Shown here: in pieces, positions 24,845 to 35,064 of the stretch
Layout: each line of letters opens with the position of its first letter
Position numbering within the stretch: the stretch's first letter is position 1
DNA from: Squalus acanthias
Lineage: Eukaryota
NCBI GenBank assembly: GCA_030390025.1
Contig: JASTWF010000034.1
Coordinates: 2,232,001 to 2,296,000 of the forward strand
Length of the DNA stretch: 64,000 nucleotides
Reading direction: 5' to 3'
Notes under the pieces: model-generated
The model's database searches: none
Told to the model about the DNA's origin: nothing
What the model saw: only the letters and a program-made list of their open reading frames with translations
Made by a program: the position numbers and the translations under genes

Positions 24845-25720
24845 ACAGTGAGTGGTGGGGGGTGTATCAGTATGTAAGAGAGAATTACATTGAGGGGTGT
24901 ATCAGTGTGTTACAGTGAGGGGTGTGGGGTACATCAGAGTGTTACAATGAGGGGTGCGGGGTTTATCAGCGTGTTGTACGGAGGTGTGTGGGGTATATCA
25001 GAGAGTTACAGTGAGTTGTGTGGTGCATATCACAGTGTTCCCGTGAGGGGTGTGGGGTATATCAGTGTGTTACAGTGAGGGGTGTGGGGTATATCAGTGT
25101 GTTACACTGAGGGGTGTGGGGTTTATCAGCGTGTTGCAGCGAGGAATGTGGGGTATATCAGAGAGTTACAGTGAGGTGTGTGGTGTATATCACCGTGTTA
25201 CCGTGAGTGGTGTGGGGTATATCATAGTGTTACATTGATGGTGTTTGGGGTATATCTGTTTTACTGTGAGGGGTGTGGGGTATATCAGAGAGTTACAGTG
25301 AGGGGTGTGGGGTATATCAGTGTGTTACAGTGAGGGGTGTGGGGTATATCAGTGTTAGTGAGGGGTGTGGGGTACATCAGTGTTACAGTGAGGGGTGTGG
25401 GGTATATCAGTGTGTTACAGTGAGGGGTGTGGGGTATATCAGTGTTAGTGAGGGGTGTGGGGTACATCAGTTTTATAGTGAGGGGTGTGAGGTATATCAG
25501 TGTTACAGTGAGGGGTGTGGGGTATATCATAGTGTTACATTGAGGGGTGTGGGGAATACCAACATGTTGCACTGAGGTGTTTGATGTATATCATAGTGTT
25601 ACCGTGAGTGGTGTGAGGTATATCATAGTGTTACATTGATGGTTTTGCGTATATCAAAGTGTTACAGCGAGATGTGTGTGGTATATTAGAGCATTACAGT
25701 GAGAGGTTTGGAATATGTAA
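24845..25720 (+). repeat. 30-34-bp G-rich minisatellite (GTGTTACAGTGAGGGGTGTGGGGTATATCA)
   Basis: Tandem periodicity; same family at 28505-28905, 33762-34025 and, inverted, 44728-46430. Confidence 0.92.
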
Positions 25721-25734
25721 GAGAGGATTAAAGA

Positions 25735-28500
25735 GCATAAGAACATAAGAAATAGGAGCAGGAGTAGGCCAATTGGCCCCTCATGGCTGATCTGCTCCTA
25801 ACCGCTAATCTACTATCACAGAACCATCGCCTGAACCTAACAGAATTGGACACACGAAATAGGAGCAGGATCAGGCTACACGGCCCCTGTGCCGCTACGC
25901 TACCCACAGGGCCATGACCGATCCGAACCTAGACTCATGTCCAAATTCCTGCCCGCTCCCCGTAACCCTTAATCCCCTTTACTTCTAGGAAACTGTCTAT
26001 TTCTGTTTTAAATTTATGTAATGATGTAGCTTCTACAGCTTTTGGGGCAGCATATTCCATGGACCTACCACCCTCTGAGTGAAGTAGCTCCTTCTCATCT
26101 CAGTTTTGAAAGAGCAGCCCCTTATTCGAAGACTATGCCCCCTAGTTCAAGTTTCACCCATCATCGGGAACATCCTCCCCACATCCACCCGATCCAACCC
26201 CTTCATAATCTTATATGTTTCAATAAGATCGCCTCTAATTCTTCTGATCTCCAATGAGTGGAGTCCCAATCGACCCAACCTCTCCTCATATGTCCACCCC
26301 CTCATCCCCGGGATTAACCGAGGGAACCTGCTTTGTACTGACCCGAGAGCAAGTATGTCTTTTCTGAAGTATGGACACCAAAACTGTATGCAGTATTCCA
26401 GATGCGGTCTCACCAATACCTTGTACAACTGAAGCAATATCTCCCTATTTTTATATTCTATCACCCTAGCAATAAAAGCCAACATTCCAATGGCCTTCTT
26501 TAATCACTTGCTGCAACTGCATACGAACCTTTTGAGATTCGTGCACCAGGACCCCCAGATATCTTTTTACTTCAGTACTTTCCAGTTTCTTGCCATTAAG
26601 ATAATAACTTGCTCGACTATTTTTCCTGCCAAAGTGCATAACCTCACACTTTCCAGTATTGTATTCCATCTGCCAAATCTCTGCCCACTTACTTATCCTG
26701 TCGATGTCCCCTTGCAGGTATTTTATGTCCTCCTCACTCACTACTTTCCCTCCCATCTTAGTATCATCTGCAAACTTTGATATGTTACACTCGGCCCCTC
26801 CTCCATATCGTTAATATAGATTGTAAAGAGTTGGGGACCCAGCACTGACCCCTGCGGAACACCACTAGTTACTGATTGCCAGTCTGAGAATGAACCATTT
26901 ATCCCAACTCTCTGCCTTCTGTTAGATAGCCAATCCTCTATCCATGCCAGAATATTACCCCCAATCCTGTGATTTTTTACCTTAAGCAATAATCTTTTGT
27001 GTGGCACTTTGTCAAATGCCTTTTGGAAGTCTAAATACACCACATCCACTGGTTCCCCTTTATTCACCCTGTATGTTCAATCCTCAAAGAACTCCAGCAA
27101 ATTTGTCAAACATGACTTCCCCTTCATAAAACCATGCTGACTTTGTCCTATTAAATTATGATTATCCAAATGTCCCGTTACTGTCTCCTTAATAATGGAC
27201 TCTAAAATTTTACCTACCACAGATGTTAGGCTAACCGGTCTATAGTTTCCAGCCTTCTGTCTACTGTCCTTTTTAAATAAGGGTGTTACATTAGCAGTTT
27301 TCCAGTCTGCCGGGATCTTTGCTGAGTCCAGGGAGTTTGGGAAAATGATTACCAATGCATCCACAATCCCTACCGCCACTTCCCTCAAGACCCTAGGATG
27401 TAAGCCATCAGGCCCAGGTTATTTATCCGCCTTGAGTACTATTATTTTACCGAGTACCATTTCCTTAGTGATTTTGATCGTGTTTAGCTCCTCCCCCCCA
27501 TAGCCCCCTGTTTGTCCAGTGTTGGGATATTCTTAGTGTCCTCTACTGTAAAGACTGATACAAAATATTCATTGTGTATTTGCCATCTCCATATTTCCCA
27601 CCAGTGATATCCCGGTCTCATCCTCCAAGGGACCAACATTTACTTTAGCCACCCTTTTTCATTTTATATAACTATAAAAACTCTTACTTTCTGTTTTTAT
27701 ATTTTTTGCTAATTTACTTTCATAATCTATCTTCCCTTTCTTAATCAATCTTTTTGTTATTTTTTGCTGTCTTTTAAAGTTTCCCCAATCCTCTATACTC
27801 CCACTAGATTTGGCCTTGTTTTTATCCGAATACTATCCTTAATTTCTTTACTTAGCCACGGATGACTGTTTTTTCTTTTACACCCTTTTCTTCTCAGTGG
27901 AATATATATTTTTTGGAAGTTGTAAAATAACTCCTTAAATGTACACCACTGATCATGTATCGTCTTACCCTTTAATCTATTTTCCCAATCCACTCTACTC
28001 AATTCCACTCGCATACCTTCATAGTCGCCTTTATTGAAGCTTAGCACGCTTGTTTGAGATCCAACCTTCTCACCCTCTAATTGAATATGGAATTCAACCA
28101 TGTTATGGTTACTCATTCCAAGGGGATTCCTTACTCGGACATTTTTAATTAATCCTGTCTCGTTGCACAGGACCAGATCTAAGGTTACTTGCCCCCTGGT
28201 CGGTTCAGTTACATACTGCTCAAGAAACCCATCCCTAATACACTCAATGAACTCATCCTCAAGGCAGCCCTGCCCAATTTGATTTGTCCAATTAATATGA
28301 TAGTTAAAATCCCCCATAATTATATATGTTCCCTTATTACAAGCCTCAACTATTTCCTGATTGATACTCCGTCCAACAGAGTTGCAACTGTTCGGAGGCC
28401 TATAGACTACGCCCACTAGTGTTTTTTCCCCATTATTATTCCTTAACTCCACCCAAACAGTTTCATTATCCTGATCTTTTGATCCAACATCATTTTTCTG
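25735..28500 (-). mobile_element. 5'-truncated CR1 LINE ORF2 (endonuclease + RT)
   Basis: ORFs 28452-27793 (YRPPNS, GDFN), 27388-27077, 27067-26741 ([10 protein letters not shown]) and 26485-26147; CATAAGAACATAAGAA tail at ~25735. Confidence 0.92.
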
Positions 28501-28504
28501 TAAT

Positions 28505-28905
28505 AGAGTGAAGGGGTATATCAGAGTGGTACAGTAAGGGATGTGTGGTGTATATCAGAGTGTTATAGTCAGGGGAGTGGGTTTACATCAAAGTGCTACA
28601 GTGAGGGGTGTGGGGTACATCCGGTTTATACAATGAGGTGTGTGGTGCATAACAGAGTGCTATAGTGAGGGGTGCGGGGTACATCACAGTAATACAATGA
28701 GCGGTGTTGTGTATAACAGAGTGTTACAGTGAGAGATGTGGTGTATAACAGAGTATTACAATCAGGGCTGTGGGTTTATGTGAGTGTTTTACATTGATGG
28801 GTGTCGGGTATATCAGAGTGTTACAGCGAGGGGTATGGAGTATATCAGAGAGTGTTACAGTGAGGGGCTTGGAGTAAAACGGTGTGCTGCAATGAGAGGT
28901 TTAAT
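28505..28905 (+). repeat. Degenerate 30-34-bp G-rich minisatellite
   Basis: GAGTGTTACAGTGAGGGGTGTGGGGTA variants. Confidence 0.8.
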
Positions 28906-28911
28906 CACAGA

Positions 28912-29319
28912 AGAATGTAAGAAATAGGAGCAGGAGTAGGCCATTCGGCCCCTTGAGCCTGCTCCGCCATTCAATGAGATCATGGCTGATTTTCTCCCTC
29001 AATTCCATTCACCGGCCTTATCTCGATATCCCTTGATGCCCTTACTAGTCAGAAATCTATCGACTTCTGTTTTGAATATTCCCAATGACTGAATCTCCAC
29101 AGCCCTCTGGGGTAGAGAATTCGAAAGATTCACCACCCTGTGAAGAAATGTCTTTATTAGAGTTAGATATATTTCTTAAGGCTAAGGGGATGAAGGGATA
29201 TGGGGAGAAAGCAGGGACAGGGTACTGAATTTGGATGATCAGCCATGATTGCATTGAATGGCGGAGCAGGCTCGAGGGGCCGAAAGGCCTACTCCTGCTC
29301 AAATCTTCTATGTTTCTAT
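28912..29319. mobile_element. Two CR1 3' ends (minus 28912-29155; plus 29158-29319), the target of the Harbinger
   Basis: Terminal hairpins AGGAGCAGGAGTAGGCCATTCGGCCC and GGAGCAGGCTCGAGGGGCCGAAAGGCCTACTCCTGCTC; the minus element resumes at 33352. Confidence 0.85.
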
Positions 29320-29489
29320 GGGGCAAAAATTCAGTTGGTTGCGCCTCCCGTTAGCGCCTTAAGAGGGCGCTAATGGGACGCAAAGCCGCTAGCGCCCGGG
29401 CGCAGCGATGTTTGCGCCGCTCGGGAACTTAACTAAACATTGTGCGGCGGCGTTAAACTTTACCGCTGCGACCACCTGCGCGCGCAGAT

Positions 29490-29640
29490 TGTGACGTCAT
29501 TCCATGGTGCAACGCCCTTGTGGCGCCCCGGAGCAGAAATTGAGTGGCGCCCCCTGCCTTACCGCCTGGCGCATCCAACGACCGGAAGACTGGAACGCTA
29601 TCAATCGCTGTGGGGCTGGGGGGGCGCTATTTAAAGGGGG
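29490..29640 (+). promoter_or_regulatory. Putative transposase promoter
   Basis: Perfect CRE TGACGTCA at 29492-29499 and TATTTAAA at 29628-29635. The degenerate copies keep a TATTTA(T/A)A at the equivalent place (~17490, ~21180, minus strand). Confidence 0.5.
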
Positions 29641-29807
29641 CCTCTTCCTGTCTTTTTCTGTGGTTGACATTTTTGCACCACTCGTTCTGAGAGAGAAAGA
29701 GAGACTTCTGCATTGAGTCAACGCTTTGTGAGGTAGTTTTGCCTACTGATCCTAACTTCGCTGGTACTTTGGTTGCTGTCCTTCATAACTTTGCTTGCAA
29801 AGAGACT

Positions 29808-30968
29808 ATGGGGGCTGCACTGAATGTGGGCGTTGTCCTGCTCCAGCTGAATCGGAGGACACATAGACGCAGAGAGAGAGTGGCAATGATGGCCAGACGG
29901 AGGAGGGCCAACTGGCGTCTGTACAGGAGAGCTTACCCTCCCAGGGTATATCCTGAACAGCTCTCCTACATTCATTTGTCTGAGGAGTTGTGTTTGCAAT
30001 GGCTGCGATTCAGCAAGGAGGTGGTCACTGAGCTCTGCCACCTGCTGCAGCCAGATCTGCAGCCTCAACTGAGGTCCAGGACGTCTCTGACGGTAGCAGT
30101 GAAGGTCACAGTGGCTCTCAAGTTCTATGCTACTGGCTCATTTCAAGCTGCTGCTGGGGACCTCCCCAATATCTCCCAGTTCGCGGTGCATTGCTGCATC
30201 CGGCAGGTCACAAATGCCCTCTTTAAAAGGAGACGAGAGTTCATCTCTTTCCCCATGACCCCAGACAAGCAACGTGACCGCGCTCTGGGCTTTGCGAGGA
30301 TAGCGGGCTTCCCCATGGTGCAGGGCGCCATTGACTGCACGCATGTGGCTTTGCGTGCTCCACATGAGAATGCCGAGGATTTCCGGAACAGAAAGGGGTT
30401 CCATTCCTTGAATGTTCAGTTGGTCTGTGACCACAGACAGCTGATACTCGCTGTCAATGCCCACTATCCTGGCAGCTGCCACGATGCTTTCATCCTGCGC
30501 CAGACTACTGTGGCAGAACTTTTCGAGGCACCGCATCAGCCAGTTGGTTGGCTTCTCGGGGACAAGGGGTATCCATTGAGCACCTGGCTGATGACACCGC
30601 TCCGTACGCCCAACACCCCTGCTGAGCTGCGGTACAACGAGAGCCATCAAGCTACCAGGAACATCATTGAGCGCACAATCGGCGTGCTGAAGCAACGGTT
30701 CCGCTGTCTCGACCATTCAGGAGGAGCCCTGCAGTACTCGCCTGAGCGAGTATCCAACTTCGTAGTTGTGTGCTGCATGTTGCATAACATGGCAATCGTC
30801 AGGACCCAGCCAATGCCACCAGGCCTTGGAGCACCACCAGAGGAGGAGGAGGAAGAGGAGGAAGAGGACGAGGAGGATGATCATCAGCAGCACCAAGGCG
30901 GGAGGGCGGCCCACAATGGTGAAACTGCAAGGGCCGTCCGTCAACGGCTGATAGCAAGCCGCTTCTAG
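29808..30968 (+). CDS. Harbinger DDE transposase (HARBI1-like), 386 aa
   Basis: Intact ORF from ATG 29808; HTH region (ALKFYATGS..ISQFAV); GAIDCTH, YPGSCHD, LLGDKGY, IERTIGVLKQRFRCL, CCMLHN; acidic tail. Confidence 0.95.
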   Translation: MGAALNVGVVLLQLNRRTHRRRERVAMMARRRRANWRLYRRAYPPRVYPEQLSYIHLSEELCLQWLRFSKEVVTELCHLLQPDLQPQLRSRTSLTVAVKVTVALKFYATGSFQAAAGDLPNISQFAVHCCIRQVTNALFKRRREFISFPMTPDKQRDRALGFARIAGFPMVQGAIDCTHVALRAPHENAEDFRNRKGFHSLNVQLVCDHRQLILAVNAHYPGSCHDAFILRQTTVAELFEAPHQPVGWLLGDKGYPLSTWLMTPLRTPNTPAELRYNESHQATRNIIERTIGVLKQRFRCLDHSGGALQYSPERVSNFVVVCCMLHNMAIVRTQPMPPGLGAPPEEEEEEEEEDEEDDHQQHQGGRAAHNGETARAVRQRLIASRF

Positions 30969-31280
30969 GGCCTCTGCTGTGGAAATGGCTTCTGCCATTG
31001 CTAACAACATCAATGAACCCAGCACGCAACCCCTAAGCCGGCCAAGGCACCAATGATTCCAAACACCAAACATGTATATTTTGAATACAAAAACGTATTT
31101 ATTTTACAAACTCTGTGTGTGTCATTTCCTCATGACAAACTCATAGAAATAAACACAAAAAAACAGTCATTAACATAACTGGTTCTCACAACCTGGAGAT
31201 AATGTCCAAAACACTAAACAAAAGTTGGACCACGAACCTCGGCCTTTAATAAAAAAATGACCAGCATTTTGTCACACCTC

Positions 31281-32191
31281 CTACTTTTTGCCCTTCGAGG
31301 GTGATCTCCTTCCCTTGCACACTTCCCCCCTTCTAACCCTACTGCTCCTCCGTAATGGGACCTCAGTGGCTGCAGCAAGGCTGGTGGAAGGCTGCAGATT
31401 GTCAGACACTGACACTGCAGATGCCCCTGAAGGACGGCCTCGACCAGTTCTGGGCCTGGAGGGCCCGGCTGCAGACTGCACCAACTCTGCATGGGCGGCA
31501 GCAGTCTGTCCTACAGGCGGTGGCAAGTGCAGTGGAGAAGTGACAGTGTTGGCAGCAGGAATGCTGTCATCGTGAGAGAGGAAAGCAACTCCCTGCTCGC
31601 CCGACACACTGGCACTCCCACGGGGCAGCACTTCAGCATCCGGAGCAATCTGCTGGAGCACAGATTGCTGGCCTGCTGCGGCGCGGTGGGAGCCCCGGGG
31701 ACCTGTGAACGAACCATCGAGGTTGGCAGCAGTCAGTGCTCGCGTGGCCTCAATCTTTAGTGTGGCATCCGCCTGTGCTACAGCGAAGTGCTCCACACTC
31801 CTTGCCAGTGACTCAATGCATTCGGGCACCCTTCCCACTGCACCCATGAGCTCAGTGTGCATGCCCACCGCCTGCGTGTTCATTTCTGCGATCAGCCGCT
31901 CCTCCTCTGCGTCCATTGCAGTAGGAGTCGCTGGCATACTCTCCCTCTGGGGAGAAGGCCCCCGTTCTTCCCTACCCCCATGGCGTTGCTGCAGCCCGCT
32001 GGGTCCTGGAGCTTCACCCTCATCAGACCCTTCCCCCCTGCTCCCCTCCAGGGAAGGCGTGTTCCCAGTGTGGGCATGGGCTTCCTCGGGAGAGGGTGGC
32101 ACTGATGCTCCGGCTTCCTCTTCCTCCTCGGCTGCAGCTTCACTCCCACTGGCAGCTTCAGGGCCCGTCTCCTCAGCTGGTGAATCACCAT
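31281..32191 (-). CDS. Harbinger Myb/SANT-like protein, exon 3 (spliced product 436 aa)
   Basis: Acceptor CTGCTTTCAG|AT joins in frame with ORF 31281-32102; acidic low-complexity region, helical segment, basic NLS-like end (RRSPSKGKK). Confidence 0.85.
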
Positions 32192-32350
32192 CTGAAAGCA
32201 GGGAGGTACAAGAGTGACTTTAGCGTGTGGACAAGGTGGCAGTAAGGGAGGAATAAGTGCAGCGAGTTAGCAAGTTGGATTGAAAGTGTCAAAGGCTGGT
32301 GTTGTGAGGGACAAGTGGAAGGACAGAGGACAAAAAGGTGATGACCTTAC

Positions 32351-32513
32351 CATTGCTGTCAAGAACGGGGTCGGCGTCTCCAGTGGCGACGGGCCCGATC
32401 ACCCGGCTTGCCACAATCCTGTGGACGCGCTCCTCAAGATCGCTGAGGGGTTGCAGCTGAGGCCGCCCTCCACCTGTCCGTTGCTGCTGTCTCCTATTAT
32501 GCGCCAGCTTGGC
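32351..32513 (-). CDS. Harbinger Myb/SANT-like protein, exon 2
   Basis: Acceptor TTTTCTTGCAG|GCC; AKLAHNRRQQQRTGGG..LSDLEERV; donor G|GTAAGG, phase 1. Confidence 0.88.
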
Positions 32514-32743
32514 CTGCAAGAAAAAGGACAGCGTCTGAGTAAATATACAGCCATGGTCTTGCCTGATGTGCCTCCCAAAGGTGAATAGCCCTTACTGTAT
32601 GCAAAGTGTGGAATGTGTGTGTGTGTTTCATGAAAGGGCCATAGGTGTTGGATGAGTGTTGTGCATTGGGGTTTTAAGACCCTCTGGCCATAGAGTGAGG
32701 TTGAGATGGAGGGATGGAGAGGTATTGAGAAAAAGCCACTCAC

Positions 32744-32980
32744 CCGGACGACCCGAGTGAGGTCGTTGAACTTTTTGCGGCATTGAACATGGGTCCTGGG
32801 CACCATGCTCCTGGAGGAGACGCTCTGAGCCACCTCCCTCCACACTCTTCTGTACTCTCGTGGCAAAGGCCTCCTGCCACTCTCAGGGAAGATTATAGAT
32901 CTTCTGCGCTCCACCGCGCCAACCAGAGCATCCAAGGCCCGCTCGGTGAGGCGCTGAGCTCGTTCTCTCACCCTCTCCAT
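32744..32980 (-). CDS. Harbinger Myb/SANT-like DNA-binding protein, exon 1
   Basis: MERVRERAQRLTERALDALVGAVERRRSIIF..WREVAQSV..RTHVQCRKKFNDLTRVVR; donor CGG|GTGAGT, phase 0. Confidence 0.9.
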
Positions 32981-33351
32981 CCTTGGCAGCAAAATGGATT
33001 CACAGGTCTCTCCAGGCCGAGATTCAAGGCTGCAATGAGCAGGGTGTGGCTGGGGAGCAAGTTGGCCCCCCTCGCTTTAAGAACTGGCCGGCGCCAGTGT
33101 GTCTGTGTTCCCTCGCTAACTGGCAGCACCTGCGCTGTGCTCGCGCGCTGAGTTAGCGCCTCACTGCTCGGCCTTTGCGCCTTAAGACAGGTGTGCAGCG
33201 CCTGATTTAGCGCTCCACTCACCTCCCGGGGCGGTAAAAGTGCAGTTTCCAATCAGTGGCGATAATTAGCACCAGGCACTAATTTTTGCGTCCAGACGAT
33301 ATTTGCGCCCCAAACGGGGCGCGACCTAATTATTCCCCCTATGTTTCTATG

Positions 33352-33760
33352 CATCTCATCTCAGTCCTGAAAGGCCTACCCTTTATCATAAGTCTGTGGC
33401 CCCTGGTTCTAGACTCCCCAGCCAAGGGAAACATTCTCCCAGCATCCAACCTATCAAGCCCAGTAATAATTTTTAATGCTTCAATAAGATCCCCACTCAT
33501 TCTTCTGATTTAAAGAGAATACAGGCCTAGTTCACTCAATCTCTTCTCATATGACTGTCCCGCCTTCCCAGGAATCAATCTCGTGAACCTTCGTTGCACT
33601 CCCTCTATGGCAAGTATATCCTTCCTTAGGTAAGGAGACCAAAATTGTACACAGTACCCAGATGTGGTATCACCAAGGCCTATATAAAGGGAGTAAGACT
33701 TCTTTACTCCTGTACTCAAATCCTCTTGTAATGAAGGCCAGCACACCATTTGCCTTCCTT
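33352..33760 (-). mobile_element. CR1 RT C-terminal fragment, continuation of 28912-29155
   Basis: YCVQFWSPYLRKDILAIEGVQRRFTRLIPG. Confidence 0.85.
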
Positions 33761-33761
33761 G

Positions 33762-34215
33762 GGGTATGTAAGAGAGTGTTATAATCAGGAGTGTGGGGTA
33801 TATCAGAGTATACAGTGAGGGGTGTGGTTTAGATCAGAGTGTTATAGTGAGGGGTGTGGGGTATATCAGATTATTATAGTGATTGGTGTGGAGTACATCA
33901 GAGTGTTACAGTGAGTGGTGTGGGGTATATCAGCGTATTGCAGTGAGGTGTGTGAGTTATTTCAGAGTGTCACAGGTATGGGTGTGAGGTATATCAGTGG
34001 GTTACAGTGAGGGGTGTGGGGTACAGCCCCACCCAACATTCCAAGGGCAGGGACAGTGGGTTAGATAAAGAATAAAGCTCCCTCGACACTGCCCCACCAA
34101 ACAGTCCCAGGGCAGGTACAGTGGGATAGATAGAGTAAAGCTCCCTCTACACTGCCCCACCAAACACTCCCAGGGCAGGTACAGCACGGGTTAGGTACAG
34201 GTAAAGTTCCCTCCA
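33762..34215. repeat. 30-34-bp minisatellite abutting inverted 67-bp minisatellite units
   Basis: G-rich units run to 34025; then CAAACACTCCCAGGGCAGGTACAGCACGGGTTAG units. Confidence 0.8.
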
Positions 34216-34485
34216 ATTTGGTTCATCAACACAACCAACTCTGATACATCATGTGTTCAATGCAGCGTACAGCTCCCTTGACACTACGCAATGAAGCACA
34301 ACCAGCTCAGTTACAGCATGGGGTCAATACAGATTAAAGATCCCTCTACATGTAAGTGTTAAACACTCCCGGGTGAGGTACGGGCAAGGTTTATCTGCGA
34401 GTTAAGCTCCGCTCAACTTGCCACATCAAAGGCCGAGCCTGATGGCAGATGTTGAAGAGCTCCCAGTATCTGGTTAGACTCTCAC

Positions 34486-35005
34486 CTGGGCAGAATCCTG
34501 GACTGATGGGATTCTCAGTAAAGTTCCTCACCTTTCCAATCATTGTTGAAGCTTCCCGTTTTATCCCGTCTCCGACACGGGGATCTCGATCCCACCAGAT
34601 CTGCTCTGTGAAACCAGCGACATTTCTCCAGTCCCAGTCAGTGAGGCGATGATTCGACTTCTCTCTCTCCACCTTCCTGAGATATTGCTCACTCCCAGAG
34701 ACTGTCAATAGAAAAATGATTCATATTAATCCCAGGTCCATTATCTGGAATACAGTGGGACTGTTTTTGTGACTGGGATTGTATCTAATTTAATTATATT
34801 TGCAACTAATGTGTGTTTGAATTACTTACATTAATATTAAATTGTCCCTTTCAGCCCTTTGCCCTGTTTATTGGGACTAAACTCACTGCCAGTGTCAGCT
34901 GTCACTCCAGCTCCTCCCACACTGACATCCCACTGATGGGCCGTAACCAGGGGCGGGGCTCTGTCTCCAGGTGACACCACACAGGAGCAAGGAGCCAATC
35001 AATCA
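34486..35005 (-). other. Putative promoter plus two 5' exons of an unidentified gene (copy A)
   Basis: CCAAT at 34995-34999; GC box at 34950-34959; donor GTGAGT at 34886; acceptor TTTTTCTATTGACAG before 34701; donor CAG|GTGAGA at 34485. Confidence 0.4.
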
Positions 35006-35064
35006 AAGAGCAGCCTGGAAAAATGTTAAAGCGGCCAAGCCCCTCCCAATCCCCCCGGGGCAGG

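Larger units (their letters stand above)
29320..33339 (+). mobile_element. Full-length autonomous PIF/Harbinger DNA transposon (copy 1, 4020 bp)
   Basis: TIRs GGGGCAAAAATT and AATTATTCCCCC (10/12 match); TAT on both sides (29317-29319, 33340-33342); convergent transposase and Myb/SANT genes. Confidence 0.95.

Noticed and set aside
29739..30968. Domesticated host gene HARBI1, or NAIF1/MSANTD for the Myb gene
   Set aside because: Both genes lie between TIRs with a TSD inside a LINE tail, so this is a transposon. The 29739 start is TTG; ATG 29808 is supported by the MGAAL start in the diverged copy.
30138..32217. Antisense ORFs within the Harbinger (e.g. 30138-30716, 31705-32217)
   Set aside because: Shadows of GC-rich coding sequence on the opposite strand, with no recognisable motifs.
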